The translations under genes and the position numbers were made by a program. 64,000 bases of DNA from assembly GCA_051061095.1 (NCBI GenBank), contig JBPFEE010000031.1:50501-114500 (forward strand), written 5' to 3'. A model generated the notes under the pieces. It did not search any database. It had not been told where the DNA came from and worked only from the letters and a program-made list of their open reading frames with translations. Source of the stretch: Methylomicrobium sp. (GTDB taxonomy: Bacteria; Pseudomonadota; Gammaproteobacteria; Methylococcales; Methylomonadaceae). Below, in pieces: positions 52,621 to 61,975 of the stretch (within the stretch, counting starts at the first letter, position 1; each line of letters starts with the position of its first letter).

Positions 52621-53472
52621 ATGTCTGAAACTTACGATCTGCATTGCCACTCCACCGCTTCCGACGGCGCGCTCTCTCCGACCGAAGTGGTCCGGCGCGC
52701 GCATCAACATGGCGTGACCGCGCTGGCCCTGACCGATCACGATACCACCGCAGGACTGGACGAAGCGAAACGCTCGGCGCAGGCCGAAGGCATCCGTTTC
52801 ATTTCCGGCATCGAACTGTCCAGCAACTGGCAGGGGAAGTGTCTGCATATCGTCGGCCTCGGCATCGACCCGGCCTATGCGCCGCTCGCCGAAGCGACGC
52901 ATAATTTGCGGGATATCCGTATGCAGCGCGCGGAACAGATCGCCCTGAAGCTCGAAAAAAAACGCATCCCCGGCGCGCTGGAAGCGGTCAAAAAAATGGC
53001 CGGAGAGAGCATGATCACGCGCACCCATTTCGCCGACTTCCTGCTTTCGCAAGGCCACGTGACCAGCCAGCAGGAAGCCTTCGACCGCTATCTGGCGAAA
53101 GGCAAGCCCGCCTACGTCGCCACACCCTGGGCGGAAATGAGCACCGCGGTCGACTGGATCGTAAAATCCGGCGGCGTCGCCGTACTCGCGCACCCGCTGC
53201 GATACCAGTTGACGGCCAGTTGGCTCAGGCGCCTGCTGAATGCATTCAAGGAAGCCGGCGGACAGGCTGTCGAAATCGTGACCGGACGCTATAATCCGGA
53301 AGAAGTCAAAAATATGGCCGATTATGCGAAACGCTTCGGTCTTGCAGGATCCGTCGGGTCGGACTTTCACAGCCCCGTCAATCAATATGTCGAACTGGGC
53401 CGCCTTGCGCCGCTGCCGCCGGATATTCGCCCGGTTTGGGAGTTGCTGCCTCAGCAGACAGCGCCATCCTAA
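52621..53472 (+). CDS. PHP-domain phosphoesterase (YciV/RNase AM-like)
   Basis: DLHCHSTASDG, LTDHDT, LAHP, GSDFH. Confidence 0.92.
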   Translation: MSETYDLHCHSTASDGALSPTEVVRRAHQHGVTALALTDHDTTAGLDEAKRSAQAEGIRFISGIELSSNWQGKCLHIVGLGIDPAYAPLAEATHNLRDIRMQRAEQIALKLEKKRIPGALEAVKKMAGESMITRTHFADFLLSQGHVTSQQEAFDRYLAKGKPAYVATPWAEMSTAVDWIVKSGGVAVLAHPLRYQLTASWLRRLLNAFKEAGGQAVEIVTGRYNPEEVKNMADYAKRFGLAGSVGSDFHSPVNQYVELGRLAPLPPDIRPVWELLPQQTAPS

Positions 53473-53512
53473 ACCGCCACCGCCCGGAATTCGCCGCCAT
53501 GGGGAAATTGAT

Positions 53513-54043
53513 TTAAGAACTGCTGCTCACGTTTTGATTAGCCGTCTCGCCGGCGGCAACGCTGTGATACTGCCAGAATAATTGCTGCTCTTCCGCAATC
53601 ACCGTTTCGACGCGCTCGATCAACAACCGGTAAGCCGTTTCTTCATCGCTCACCTGCGTGTAGTCGCCCGCATTGTTGATGTACAACCGGTATTCCCGCT
53701 TCATGCCTTCGGCGGCTTTCCGGTAAGCCTGCCACGTTTCGTTCGGACGCAATAGCGTATCGATTGACCGGAGTATGGTTACGGCCGCGCCTAACAAGGC
53801 GGTGGCGCCGGCAACCCAGGCGCGATCGGCAAAAACCTGGAGCACCGAAATCAGCGCGCCGGTCACGATAACGGCTATCGCGAAAAACAAATGCCTGTAT
53901 TTATACTGTCCTGCCTTGCTCTCATACCAGTTCCTTTGATCTTCGAGAACGCTTTCGAAATAATACGCCGCTCTCTCCTTGCGGCTCTCGATGAGTTGCA
54001 TCCATGGCGCTAAAGAATGGACCTCTTGTGTTTCATCATTCAT
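53513..54043 (-). CDS. Two-TM SLATT/DUF4231-like protein
   Basis: Q..WY motif, two adjacent TM helices, then W..YR..AE.MKREY pattern. Confidence 0.7.
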   Translation of the reverse strand: MNDETQEVHSLAPWMQLIESRKERAAYYFESVLEDQRNWYESKAGQYKYRHLFFAIAVIVTGALISVLQVFADRAWVAGATALLGAAVTILRSIDTLLRPNETWQAYRKAAEGMKREYRLYINNAGDYTQVSDEETAYRLLIERVETVIAEEQQLFWQYHSVAAGETANQNVSSSS

Positions 54044-54095
54044 GACATTTTCTCTGCATAAAAATCCGGCTTATTTTTAATCATACAGTCCCTCG

Positions 54096-55001
54096 ATGCA
54101 TCCTGATCTGTCTTACCTGAAATCAAGTTTTCAACCGTCGCCACTGACTCGCATCATCGCCTCCGAACTCCCCGGCGATCTCGAGTTGTGGATCAAGCGG
54201 GACGACAGGCTGCATCCTATCATATCCGGCAACAAATGGCGGAAGTTAAGATATATCCTCGAAGACGCGCTCGCATCGGAAGCGCACACCTTGATCGGCA
54301 TGGGCGGCGGCTATTCGAACCATTTGCATGCTTTGGCTTATGCCGGCAAGCAACTGGGTTTACGGACGATCGGTTATGTCCGCGGCGAACGAACGGGGCC
54401 GCTGACGCCGACTCTGCAGGACTGCCAAGATTGGGGAATGGAGCTGCGCTTTGTCTCGCGGGCCGATTACCGGCTGCTCAGGCAATACCGTGAACCCGAT
54501 GACCTGCCGGACATCAGGCCTGGGCAATACTGGCTGCCGGAAGGCGGCGCCCAGCCGCTGGCGCTGAAAGGCGTCGCCGAACTGGTCGAAGAAATCGACA
54601 TGCCTTTCGATGTCCTGTGCCTGCCCTGCGGAACCGGCGCGACGCTGGCCGGCTGTGTCGCCGCGCTCGGCGGCGCAAAAACAGTAGTCGGCTTCGCGGC
54701 GCTCAAAAATGCCGATTTTTTAACCGCCGATGTAGAAAGCTTATTGCCGACAACTTACACTAACTGGCAAATCAACCCGCATTACCATTTCGGCGGTTTT
54801 GCGGAAACGACGCCCGAACTGCTCGAATTCATTCACAGCTTTGAATTAATGCAGCAAATCCCGCTCGAACCGGTCTATACCGGAAAAATGATGTACGGAT
54901 TGTACGACATGATCGCCAAGGGCGGTTTCGAACCCGGCCAACGCATCGTCGCGGTCCACACGGGCGGCCTGCAGGGCAAACGCGGATTCAACCTCCCATA
55001 A
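54096..55001 (+). CDS. D-cysteine desulfhydrase/ACC deaminase-family PLP enzyme
   Basis: KRDD, SGNKWRK, SNH, LEPVYTGK, HTGGLQG. Confidence 0.9.
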   Translation: MHPDLSYLKSSFQPSPLTRIIASELPGDLELWIKRDDRLHPIISGNKWRKLRYILEDALASEAHTLIGMGGGYSNHLHALAYAGKQLGLRTIGYVRGERTGPLTPTLQDCQDWGMELRFVSRADYRLLRQYREPDDLPDIRPGQYWLPEGGAQPLALKGVAELVEEIDMPFDVLCLPCGTGATLAGCVAALGGAKTVVGFAALKNADFLTADVESLLPTTYTNWQINPHYHFGGFAETTPELLEFIHSFELMQQIPLEPVYTGKMMYGLYDMIAKGGFEPGQRIVAVHTGGLQGKRGFNLP

Positions 55002-55040
55002 AATTGATTCTAATGATGACGATGAGCGCAAGAAAAAACG

Positions 55041-55697
55041 ATGGATAGACAAACGGAACCCGAGCTGATGGAAGACCGGGAACAAGTAAAAGCCTACGCC
55101 GAAGCCGATTTCTCGGTCCCGCATCAGCAATTCATCGATCGCATCCAGGATTATATTAATGATCCGAATTTTAACGGCATCGCGCTCGATCTGGGCTGCG
55201 GGCCATGCGACATCAGCATGCGTTTCGCCAGGGCTTTTCCATTTAGCCGAATCGATGCGGTCGACGGTTCGCGAGCGATGCTCGATTACGCGGCAACGCA
55301 CACGTCGTCAGCCAGAGGCAGAATCCGCTTGATCCACGGCCGCCTGCCCTTTGTCATATTGCCAGAACCATTTTATGAGATCATATTCAGCAACAGCCTG
55401 CTGCATCATCTGCCCGACCCGCAGATATTATGGCAAACGATAAAAAAAGCCGCCAAACCGGGAACCCGCATCGCGGTGATGGATTTATTGCGGCCTGCCT
55501 CCCGCGAGGCCGCGACGGCTCTGGTCGAGGCCTATGCCGCCAATGAGCCGGATATTTTACAGCGCGATTTTTATCACTCGCTGTTGGCCGCTTTCACGCT
55601 GGAAGAAATTCAAAATCAACTCCAAAAAGCCGATCTGGCCTTAAACATCGAACAAATCAGCGACCGTCACGTTTTCATCAAAGGCACCCTTGCTTAA
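55041..55697 (+). CDS. Class I SAM methyltransferase
   Basis: LDLGCGP, VDGSRAML, SNSLLHH. Confidence 0.9.
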   Translation: MDRQTEPELMEDREQVKAYAEADFSVPHQQFIDRIQDYINDPNFNGIALDLGCGPCDISMRFARAFPFSRIDAVDGSRAMLDYAATHTSSARGRIRLIHGRLPFVILPEPFYEIIFSNSLLHHLPDPQILWQTIKKAAKPGTRIAVMDLLRPASREAATALVEAYAANEPDILQRDFYHSLLAAFTLEEIQNQLQKADLALNIEQISDRHVFIKGTLA

Positions 55698-55719
55698 TCC
55701 GTCACCGCTCAGGACATTC

Positions 55720-57810
55720 ATGGACACCACCTTAGTCATCCCCGCCATCGAACTGCAAAAGCCGGAATTTTATATCAACCGCGACGCCAGTCTTCTGGAA
55801 TTCAATAAACGGGTGCTCGCGCAGGCACGCAATGAAGATGTGCCCCTGCTCGAACGGCTCAATTACCTGTGCATTTCCTGCTCGAACCTGGACGAATTTT
55901 ATGAAGTCCGGGTCGCCTCCGTGATTCAGATGGCGGCGATCGACCCGAAGGTGACCGGTTCCGACGGCCTGACGCCGAACGAGCAACTGGAATTGGTTTC
56001 GATCAAGGCGCACGAACTGGTCGCAGAGCAATACCAGGTGCTGAACGAGATCCTGATTCCCAAACTTCAGGAGCAAAACATCAATTTCATCCGCCGCAAG
56101 GACTGGAGCGAAACCCAACTGAAATGGCTGCAGAATTATTTCAATGAAGAAGTCCTGCCGATCCTGACGCCGGTCGGACTGGATTCCGCGCATCCTTTTC
56201 CGCGCATTCTGAATAAAAGCTTGAACTTTATCATCTCGCTGACCGGCAAGGATGCATTCGGACGCAACAGCGGCCGCGCGATACTTCAGGCGCCGCGCGC
56301 GCTGCCGCGCAGCGTACAACTGCCTGCCGAGGAAACGCAAAGCGGCCGGCACGATTTCGTGTTTCTGTCGTCGATCATCCACGCCTTCTCCGATCAATTA
56401 TTCAACGGCATGAACATTAAAGGCTGTTATCAATTCCGGGTGACCCGCAACAGCGATTTTTTCGTCGATGACGACGCGATCGACGATTTGCTGCTCGCGG
56501 TCGAAGGCGAATTGGCGATGCGCAACTACGGCGATGAGGTCCGCCTCGAAATCGATGCGAATTGCCCGGACGAAACGGTCGCCTTTCTGCTCGCCCGTTT
56601 CGACATGACCCGGCAACACCTGTTTCTGGTCGACGGCCCGGTCAATCTGAACCGGATGCAGGAGATCATCAGACTGGTCGATCGTCCCGATTTAAAGTTC
56701 GTGCCTTTCAAGCAATGCATACCGGCGCAATTCGCGCGCAACAAAGACATGTTCGCCGCGATACGCCGCCAGGACATTTTACTGCACCATCCGTTCGAAT
56801 CGTTTACACCGGTCGTCGAGTTTCTCCGCCAGGCCGCAGTATCTCCGGAAGTGCTCGCGATCAAGCAAACCCTGTACCGGACTGGCGCCGATTCGCCGAT
56901 CGTGAATGCATTGATCAAGGCGGCGCGTGCGGGCAAGGAGGTGACGGTCGTGATCGAGCTGCGCGCCCGCTTCGATGAAAAGGCCAACATCGACTTGGCC
57001 GCAAAACTTCAGGAGGCGGCGGTGCATGTCGTTTACGGCGTCGTCGGCTATAAAACGCATGCGAAAATGTGCCTGGTGCTCCGCCGCGAGGGCAAGGAGC
57101 TCGTCAATTATGTGCATCTCGGCACCGGCAACTATCACCCGAAAACGACCGAGCTTTACACCGATTACGGCCTGTTTACCTGCGACAAGGAACTGGGCGA
57201 GGATGTCCGCCGCGTCTTTGCCCAATTGACCAGCCTGGGCAAGGTGACCAAGCTGAACAAACTGCTGCAATCGCCGTTCACCCTGTACAGCGGCCTGATC
57301 GAAAAAATCGAGCGCGAAATCGACTTTGCCAAGAAAGGCAAACCCGCGAGAATCGTGATCAAGGTCAATGCTCTGGTGGAAGAACAGTCGATCCAGGCTT
57401 TGTACCGGGCCTCGCAAGCCGGCGTCGAGGTTAAGCTGATCGTGCGCGGCATTTGCTGTCTGCGGCCGGGCATTGCGGGCGTCTCGGAAAACATCGAGGT
57501 GCGTTCGATCATCGGCCGCTTTCTCGAACACGAACGCATCTACGCCTTTCTTAACGGGGGCAGCCAGGAAATTTATGGATCGAGCGCCGACATGATGAAT
57601 CGGAACATGTTCCGCCGTGTCGAAGTATTTTTTCCGATCGGCAGCAAAAAACTGCAAAATCGAATTTTACGCGACCTGGAACTGTATTTGTCCGATAATA
57701 CCCATGCCTGGCTGTTGCAGCCGGACGGCCATTATCGGCGCGCAGAAAGAACCGACGCTCAGGAGCCGGTGCAAGCGCAGACCCAGCTTTTGAATGAATT
57801 GCAGGGTTAA
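55720..57810 (+). CDS. ppk1: Polyphosphate kinase 1
   Basis: NLDEFYEVRV, HPFP, LHHPFESF, ELRARFDE, KTHAK, GRFLEHER; start placed at ATG 55720. Confidence 0.97.
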   Translation: MDTTLVIPAIELQKPEFYINRDASLLEFNKRVLAQARNEDVPLLERLNYLCISCSNLDEFYEVRVASVIQMAAIDPKVTGSDGLTPNEQLELVSIKAHELVAEQYQVLNEILIPKLQEQNINFIRRKDWSETQLKWLQNYFNEEVLPILTPVGLDSAHPFPRILNKSLNFIISLTGKDAFGRNSGRAILQAPRALPRSVQLPAEETQSGRHDFVFLSSIIHAFSDQLFNGMNIKGCYQFRVTRNSDFFVDDDAIDDLLLAVEGELAMRNYGDEVRLEIDANCPDETVAFLLARFDMTRQHLFLVDGPVNLNRMQEIIRLVDRPDLKFVPFKQCIPAQFARNKDMFAAIRRQDILLHHPFESFTPVVEFLRQAAVSPEVLAIKQTLYRTGADSPIVNALIKAARAGKEVTVVIELRARFDEKANIDLAAKLQEAAVHVVYGVVGYKTHAKMCLVLRREGKELVNYVHLGTGNYHPKTTELYTDYGLFTCDKELGEDVRRVFAQLTSLGKVTKLNKLLQSPFTLYSGLIEKIEREIDFAKKGKPARIVIKVNALVEEQSIQALYRASQAGVEVKLIVRGICCLRPGIAGVSENIEVRSIIGRFLEHERIYAFLNGGSQEIYGSSADMMNRNMFRRVEVFFPIGSKKLQNRILRDLELYLSDNTHAWLLQPDGHYRRAERTDAQEPVQAQTQLLNELQG

Positions 57811-57874
57811 TGTTATCAATAAGCAGGAAGACTATCACGCCGAATCAACCCGCTCTAAGGCATAGATACTTTTT

Positions 57875-58399
57875 ATGAATCAGATAAGAGAAATTGCCCA
57901 ACTGGGCGCGGAAGTGTTGAGGCTCCGCGCCGAACCCGTCGCTGAAGTGAACAGCGCCGATAATCGTGAAGTGATCGCCGCCATGAAAGCCACGCTGGCC
58001 AACACCCAGGGCGTCGGTCTCGCCGCGCCGCAAATCGGCGTCTCCCGGCGCATCGTGATCATCGCCTCCCGCCCTACCCCGCGCTATCCGAATGCGCCGC
58101 TGATGGAACCCACCGTGATGATCAATCCTTCGTTCACGGCGTTATCGGAAGCCGCGGAAAAAGACTGGGAAGGCTGCCTGAGCATTCCCGGCATCCGTGC
58201 ATTAGTCCCGCGCTTCAAGGACATCCGGATCGATTATACCGACGAACGCGGCAGTTCGGCCGAAGCCCGTTTGCTGGATTTCATCGCCCGCGTTTTTCAG
58301 CATGAATTCGACCATCTGAACGGCCTGGTTTTTCTGGACCGGGTCGAAAGCAACCGGGACATTTTTTCCGAAAGCGAGTATCTTAAATTGTTTAGTTGA
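57875..58399 (+). CDS. def: Peptide deformylase
   Basis: GVGLAAPQIG, EGCLS, QHEFDHL. Confidence 0.96.
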   Translation: MNQIREIAQLGAEVLRLRAEPVAEVNSADNREVIAAMKATLANTQGVGLAAPQIGVSRRIVIIASRPTPRYPNAPLMEPTVMINPSFTALSEAAEKDWEGCLSIPGIRALVPRFKDIRIDYTDERGSSAEARLLDFIARVFQHEFDHLNGLVFLDRVESNRDIFSESEYLKLFS

Positions 58400-58468
58400 G
58401 CATGGATTTGCTTCCGCAGGCAAATTCCGGCTTTATTCGACAACGCTCTTGATGCTTATTCGGGAACC

Positions 58469-59419
58469 ATGAAGCATAACAACGACCACAAAGCCCCTTG
58501 CCCACCTCCCGTGCGAGAAGAAAGAACCGAACCTTTACCCTGGCAAGTGCCCAAAGCGGCCGAGGAAGACCCCGAGGCGCCGCTGCGGCTAAAAAGAATC
58601 CTGTCCAGCGCCAGCTATCGCCAGGCCGATCAGGATGTCGATTTTCTGAATCAGGACGAACTGCGCTCGTTTCGTCTGCAGGTCGACTTTTTTAAAGCGG
58701 AACAGACGCTCAAGGAAAATCAGGTCAATCATACGATCGTGGTGTTCGGCGGCACGCGCATCAAGGAACCCGGCGAATCCAAGCGCAAGGTGGATGGTCT
58801 GAAGGCCGCGCTCGACAGCAAACCGAACGATCCTTTCCTGCTGAGAAAACTCGCGGTCGCCGAACGGGTGTATGCGAAAAGCCATTATTACAATATTGCC
58901 CGTGAATTCGGCCGTCTGGTCGGCGATTCGCGGCGGCAGGCGCCCGATCGCCCGTGCGTGATCATGACCGGCGGCGGCCCCGGCCTGATGGAAGCGGCGA
59001 ACCGCGGGGCTTTCGATACCGGCGCGCTGAATATCGGCCTGAACATCAACCTGCCCTACGAACAGTTTCCCAATCCGTATATCACTCCCGAACTGTGTTT
59101 CCGCTTTCATTATTTCGCGATGCGGAAACTGCATTTCCTGCTCCGGGCCAAAGCGATGGTCGTGTTTCCTGGCGGCTACGGCACGTTCGACGAACTGTTC
59201 GAGACGCTGACCCTGATGCAGACCCGCAAGATAAAACAAGTCCCGGTCGTGCTGGTCGGCGAAGACTTTTGGAAAGAAGCTTTCAATGTTGATTTTCTCA
59301 TCTGCGAAGGCGTGATCGACCCCGAAGACCGCGATCTGTTCTGGTATGCGGAAACCGCCGAGGAAATCTGGCAAAGCATCCTGGACTGGTACAACGTGAA
59401 TGGTCAACCGCTGATCTAA
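58469..59419 (+). CDS. LOG/SLOG-family nucleotide-processing protein
   Basis: TGGGPGLMEAANRGA and PGGYGTFDE motifs. Confidence 0.92.
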   Translation: MKHNNDHKAPCPPPVREERTEPLPWQVPKAAEEDPEAPLRLKRILSSASYRQADQDVDFLNQDELRSFRLQVDFFKAEQTLKENQVNHTIVVFGGTRIKEPGESKRKVDGLKAALDSKPNDPFLLRKLAVAERVYAKSHYYNIAREFGRLVGDSRRQAPDRPCVIMTGGGPGLMEAANRGAFDTGALNIGLNINLPYEQFPNPYITPELCFRFHYFAMRKLHFLLRAKAMVVFPGGYGTFDELFETLTLMQTRKIKQVPVVLVGEDFWKEAFNVDFLICEGVIDPEDRDLFWYAETAEEIWQSILDWYNVNGQPLI

Positions 59420-59421
59420 AG

Positions 59422-60702
59422 ATGCAAGTTATGGAGTTTGCCGATCTCATCGCCATCATTCCCCCCGTGCTGATCCAGTTCGGGATGACGGTCGCCTTTG
59501 CGTTCGTGGTCGGGCTCGAATTTCGCCGCTACCATCGCATCAATCAATACCAGCTCCATTTCGGCAGCACCCGAACGTTTGTACTGATCGCGATTCTGGG
59601 TTTCATGCTTTTTTCGCTCGATCCCGGCAAAATGCTGTTCGCCTCGGGGCTTTTGCTGTTCGGCACGGCTTTGTTGATTTATTACTGGCACCTGGCCTCA
59701 AAAGGCATCTTTTCGATATTCGGCCCACTGCTGGCGCTGCTGATCTATCTGATAGGCCCGATCGCAATCACTTTTCCGAACTGGTTCCTGATTCTTTTTA
59801 TCGTCGTGCTCGTCTTGATGCTCAGCGAAAAACCGGGAATACATCGTTTTTCCGATCAACTCGCTAATGACGAAGTCGCCACACTCGCCAAGTTTTTGAT
59901 CATTTCCGGCGTGATTCTGCCCTTATTGCCGGATCAACCGATAGCGCCGGCGCTGCCGGTCACCTATTATAAAGTTTGGCTGGCGGTAATCATCGTTTCC
60001 GGCTTTTCGTATTTCAGCTACCTGGTCCACAATTATTTTTACAAAAGCCGCGGCCTGATGATTACCGCGGTATTGGCCGGACTTTATTCGAGTACGGTCG
60101 CAACGATCATCATCGGACGGCGCGCCCGCGGTCTGGCGGGGGCGGAAAGCCATGTTTCGGCTGCCCTGATCACCGCGACCATGATGATGTATCTGCGGCT
60201 GCTGGCGATCATTTTTATTTTCGATCCGAATGCCGGGATCCGGCTGTTGCTGCCTTTCGTCTCGATCATCGTACTCTCGGTCATCGCCGTCACGGCTTTG
60301 GTGCATTATAAAAAGGAACGTCCCCTGGAGGCCGATGCAGTCGATGTCAGCCATCCTTTGGAACTTTCCACGGCGGTCGTATTTGCCGTGCTGTTCATGG
60401 TTTTTACGTTCGTCACCCAATACGTAATCAGTCATTTCGGGCGCCCCGGTCTGAATTTTCTGGCGATCGTGGTCGGCTTGACCGATATCGATCCCTTTAT
60501 TCTGTCATTGTTGAGCGGGAAATTTCCGGTTTCCGAATCGGCGATCGTCGCCGCCATCGTATTGGCCAGCGGCAGCAATAATCTGCTGAAAGCCGCCTAC
60601 GCGGTATTCTTCGCCCGCAACCCTTCAGTACGGTTCGGGGCTATCTGGCTTACCATTCTATTCTGGGCATCGATCGCTTACGCGTATGTGTTGATAGCCT
60701 GA
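59422..60702 (+). CDS. MgtC/SapB-DUF4010-like multi-pass membrane protein
   Basis: VGLE..., GSTRTF, ILPLLPD, GLYSST motifs; many TM helices. Confidence 0.82.
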   Translation: MQVMEFADLIAIIPPVLIQFGMTVAFAFVVGLEFRRYHRINQYQLHFGSTRTFVLIAILGFMLFSLDPGKMLFASGLLLFGTALLIYYWHLASKGIFSIFGPLLALLIYLIGPIAITFPNWFLILFIVVLVLMLSEKPGIHRFSDQLANDEVATLAKFLIISGVILPLLPDQPIAPALPVTYYKVWLAVIIVSGFSYFSYLVHNYFYKSRGLMITAVLAGLYSSTVATIIIGRRARGLAGAESHVSAALITATMMMYLRLLAIIFIFDPNAGIRLLLPFVSIIVLSVIAVTALVHYKKERPLEADAVDVSHPLELSTAVVFAVLFMVFTFVTQYVISHFGRPGLNFLAIVVGLTDIDPFILSLLSGKFPVSESAIVAAIVLASGSNNLLKAAYAVFFARNPSVRFGAIWLTILFWASIAYAYVLIA

Positions 60703-60794
60703 TTTGATTTATCAATTCACTGATGTTCAGCCGAGCCCATCGGTAAGCAGCATCACGAAATTCGACTTCAACTTTTCCGAGTAAATAACACGAA

Positions 60795-60990
60795 CCGAGC
60801 AGCAAGAATAGCTTGCTCCAGAAACGGGTCAGTATATAGAGGGCGCGATCCATTTTTTCAGCCATAGCGCCTCAAGCACCACGATCAGGATGGACAGTCC
60901 CATCGTTAACAGTGGCCAGATCATATGAAATAGCGCGGTCACGGCAAACTGGAGCCGGGATAAAATCAGAGTATCGGAAAGGATGTTCAT
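60795..60990 (-). pseudogene. cydA: Truncated, frameshifted cytochrome bd oxidase subunit I remnant
   Basis: ATG 60990 gives MNILSDTLILSRLQFAVTALFHMIWPLLTMGLSILIVVLEALWLKK, the CydA N-terminus (stop at 60829); a shifted frame continues DRALYILTRFWSKLFLL. Confidence 0.8.
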
Positions 60991-61023
60991 GGGCACTCCC
61001 GATTTTTATAGTGTTGGTAAGTT

Positions 61024-61899
61024 TCAGTCCGCATGCGGATTGAATTCCCGCTCCAGCAACCAGTAAGTGCCGCCTAAGGCAGCGACTAAAATCCCGGTAG
61101 CGAACACATGAAACGCGCCGACGTCATGAAAATCGAACACGATGATCTTTCGCGCCACCGCCATCAGCGCCGTAGCGACGACCAGCTTGACCGGAATCAC
61201 ATGACTGCGGATATACAGCGTGATATTGATGAAAATTTCTATCGCGATCAATACGAGCATGAAAGAACCGAAAACTTGCAGAATTTCTTCCTTGTCCAAA
61301 TCCTGGAAAGGATGGCGCAAGAACTTCTCGTAGATCACGACCACGACGTCGAGCACGCTCCACAGTATCGTAAACACCATCAATACCGCCAGCAATTTGA
61401 CGCTGTAACGAATCAGTTTGTGCATGATGACGATGAACCTGTCCTCGTCTTCGAGCGACAGCTCCTCATGCGAAAGGCGTTTTTGTTCGGACTGGCGGAT
61501 ATGGCTCAGCAGCTTGGCGAATAAATTGGCCTTGCCGCCGACTTCGTCTTCCCCATAGCCTTCGTCGAAAAATTTATTGATGCCGGGGACTTCGGCGAGA
61601 TCTTCACGCCCAAGACGTTTAAAGCCCATGGTCCAGTCCGGATATTCGCGCCGGGCAATCTGTTTTTTCTCCAGCACGTGCAAGGCGGTATGGCGGCTGT
61701 CGTGTTTGATGACTTCCAGCAGAGCGTTCAAGTCATCCTCTTCGCCTTCCAGTACCTGGACAAAGGTGCCGTTGCTGTACAACAGCATGCCGGTAATGCC
61801 CTTATCCGCGTTACGGGCTCGGGCGACCCGCAAAATATCCGTCAGATCGTCCGTAGTCATCGGGCGTGTCGCGGTACTGATATAAGACAACTGCAGCAT
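61024..61899 (-). CDS. BLUF photoreceptor fused to PsiE-like 4-TM domain
   Basis: BLUF residues Y6, RN...ITGMLL, FVQVLEG, DSRH, WTM; C-terminal LIAIE and TALMAVARKIIVFD motifs of the PsiE-like family. Confidence 0.88.
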   Translation of the reverse strand: MLQLSYISTATRPMTTDDLTDILRVARARNADKGITGMLLYSNGTFVQVLEGEEDDLNALLEVIKHDSRHTALHVLEKKQIARREYPDWTMGFKRLGREDLAEVPGINKFFDEGYGEDEVGGKANLFAKLLSHIRQSEQKRLSHEELSLEDEDRFIVIMHKLIRYSVKLLAVLMVFTILWSVLDVVVVIYEKFLRHPFQDLDKEEILQVFGSFMLVLIAIEIFINITLYIRSHVIPVKLVVATALMAVARKIIVFDFHDVGAFHVFATGILVAALGGTYWLLEREFNPHAD

Positions 61900-61975
61900 G
61901 GCTAATCACCCTTTTAGTCTTTTTGATCAAACTCTCTAAACCGCCGCACTACGAGCCACAGTCCTGCAAGATCAG

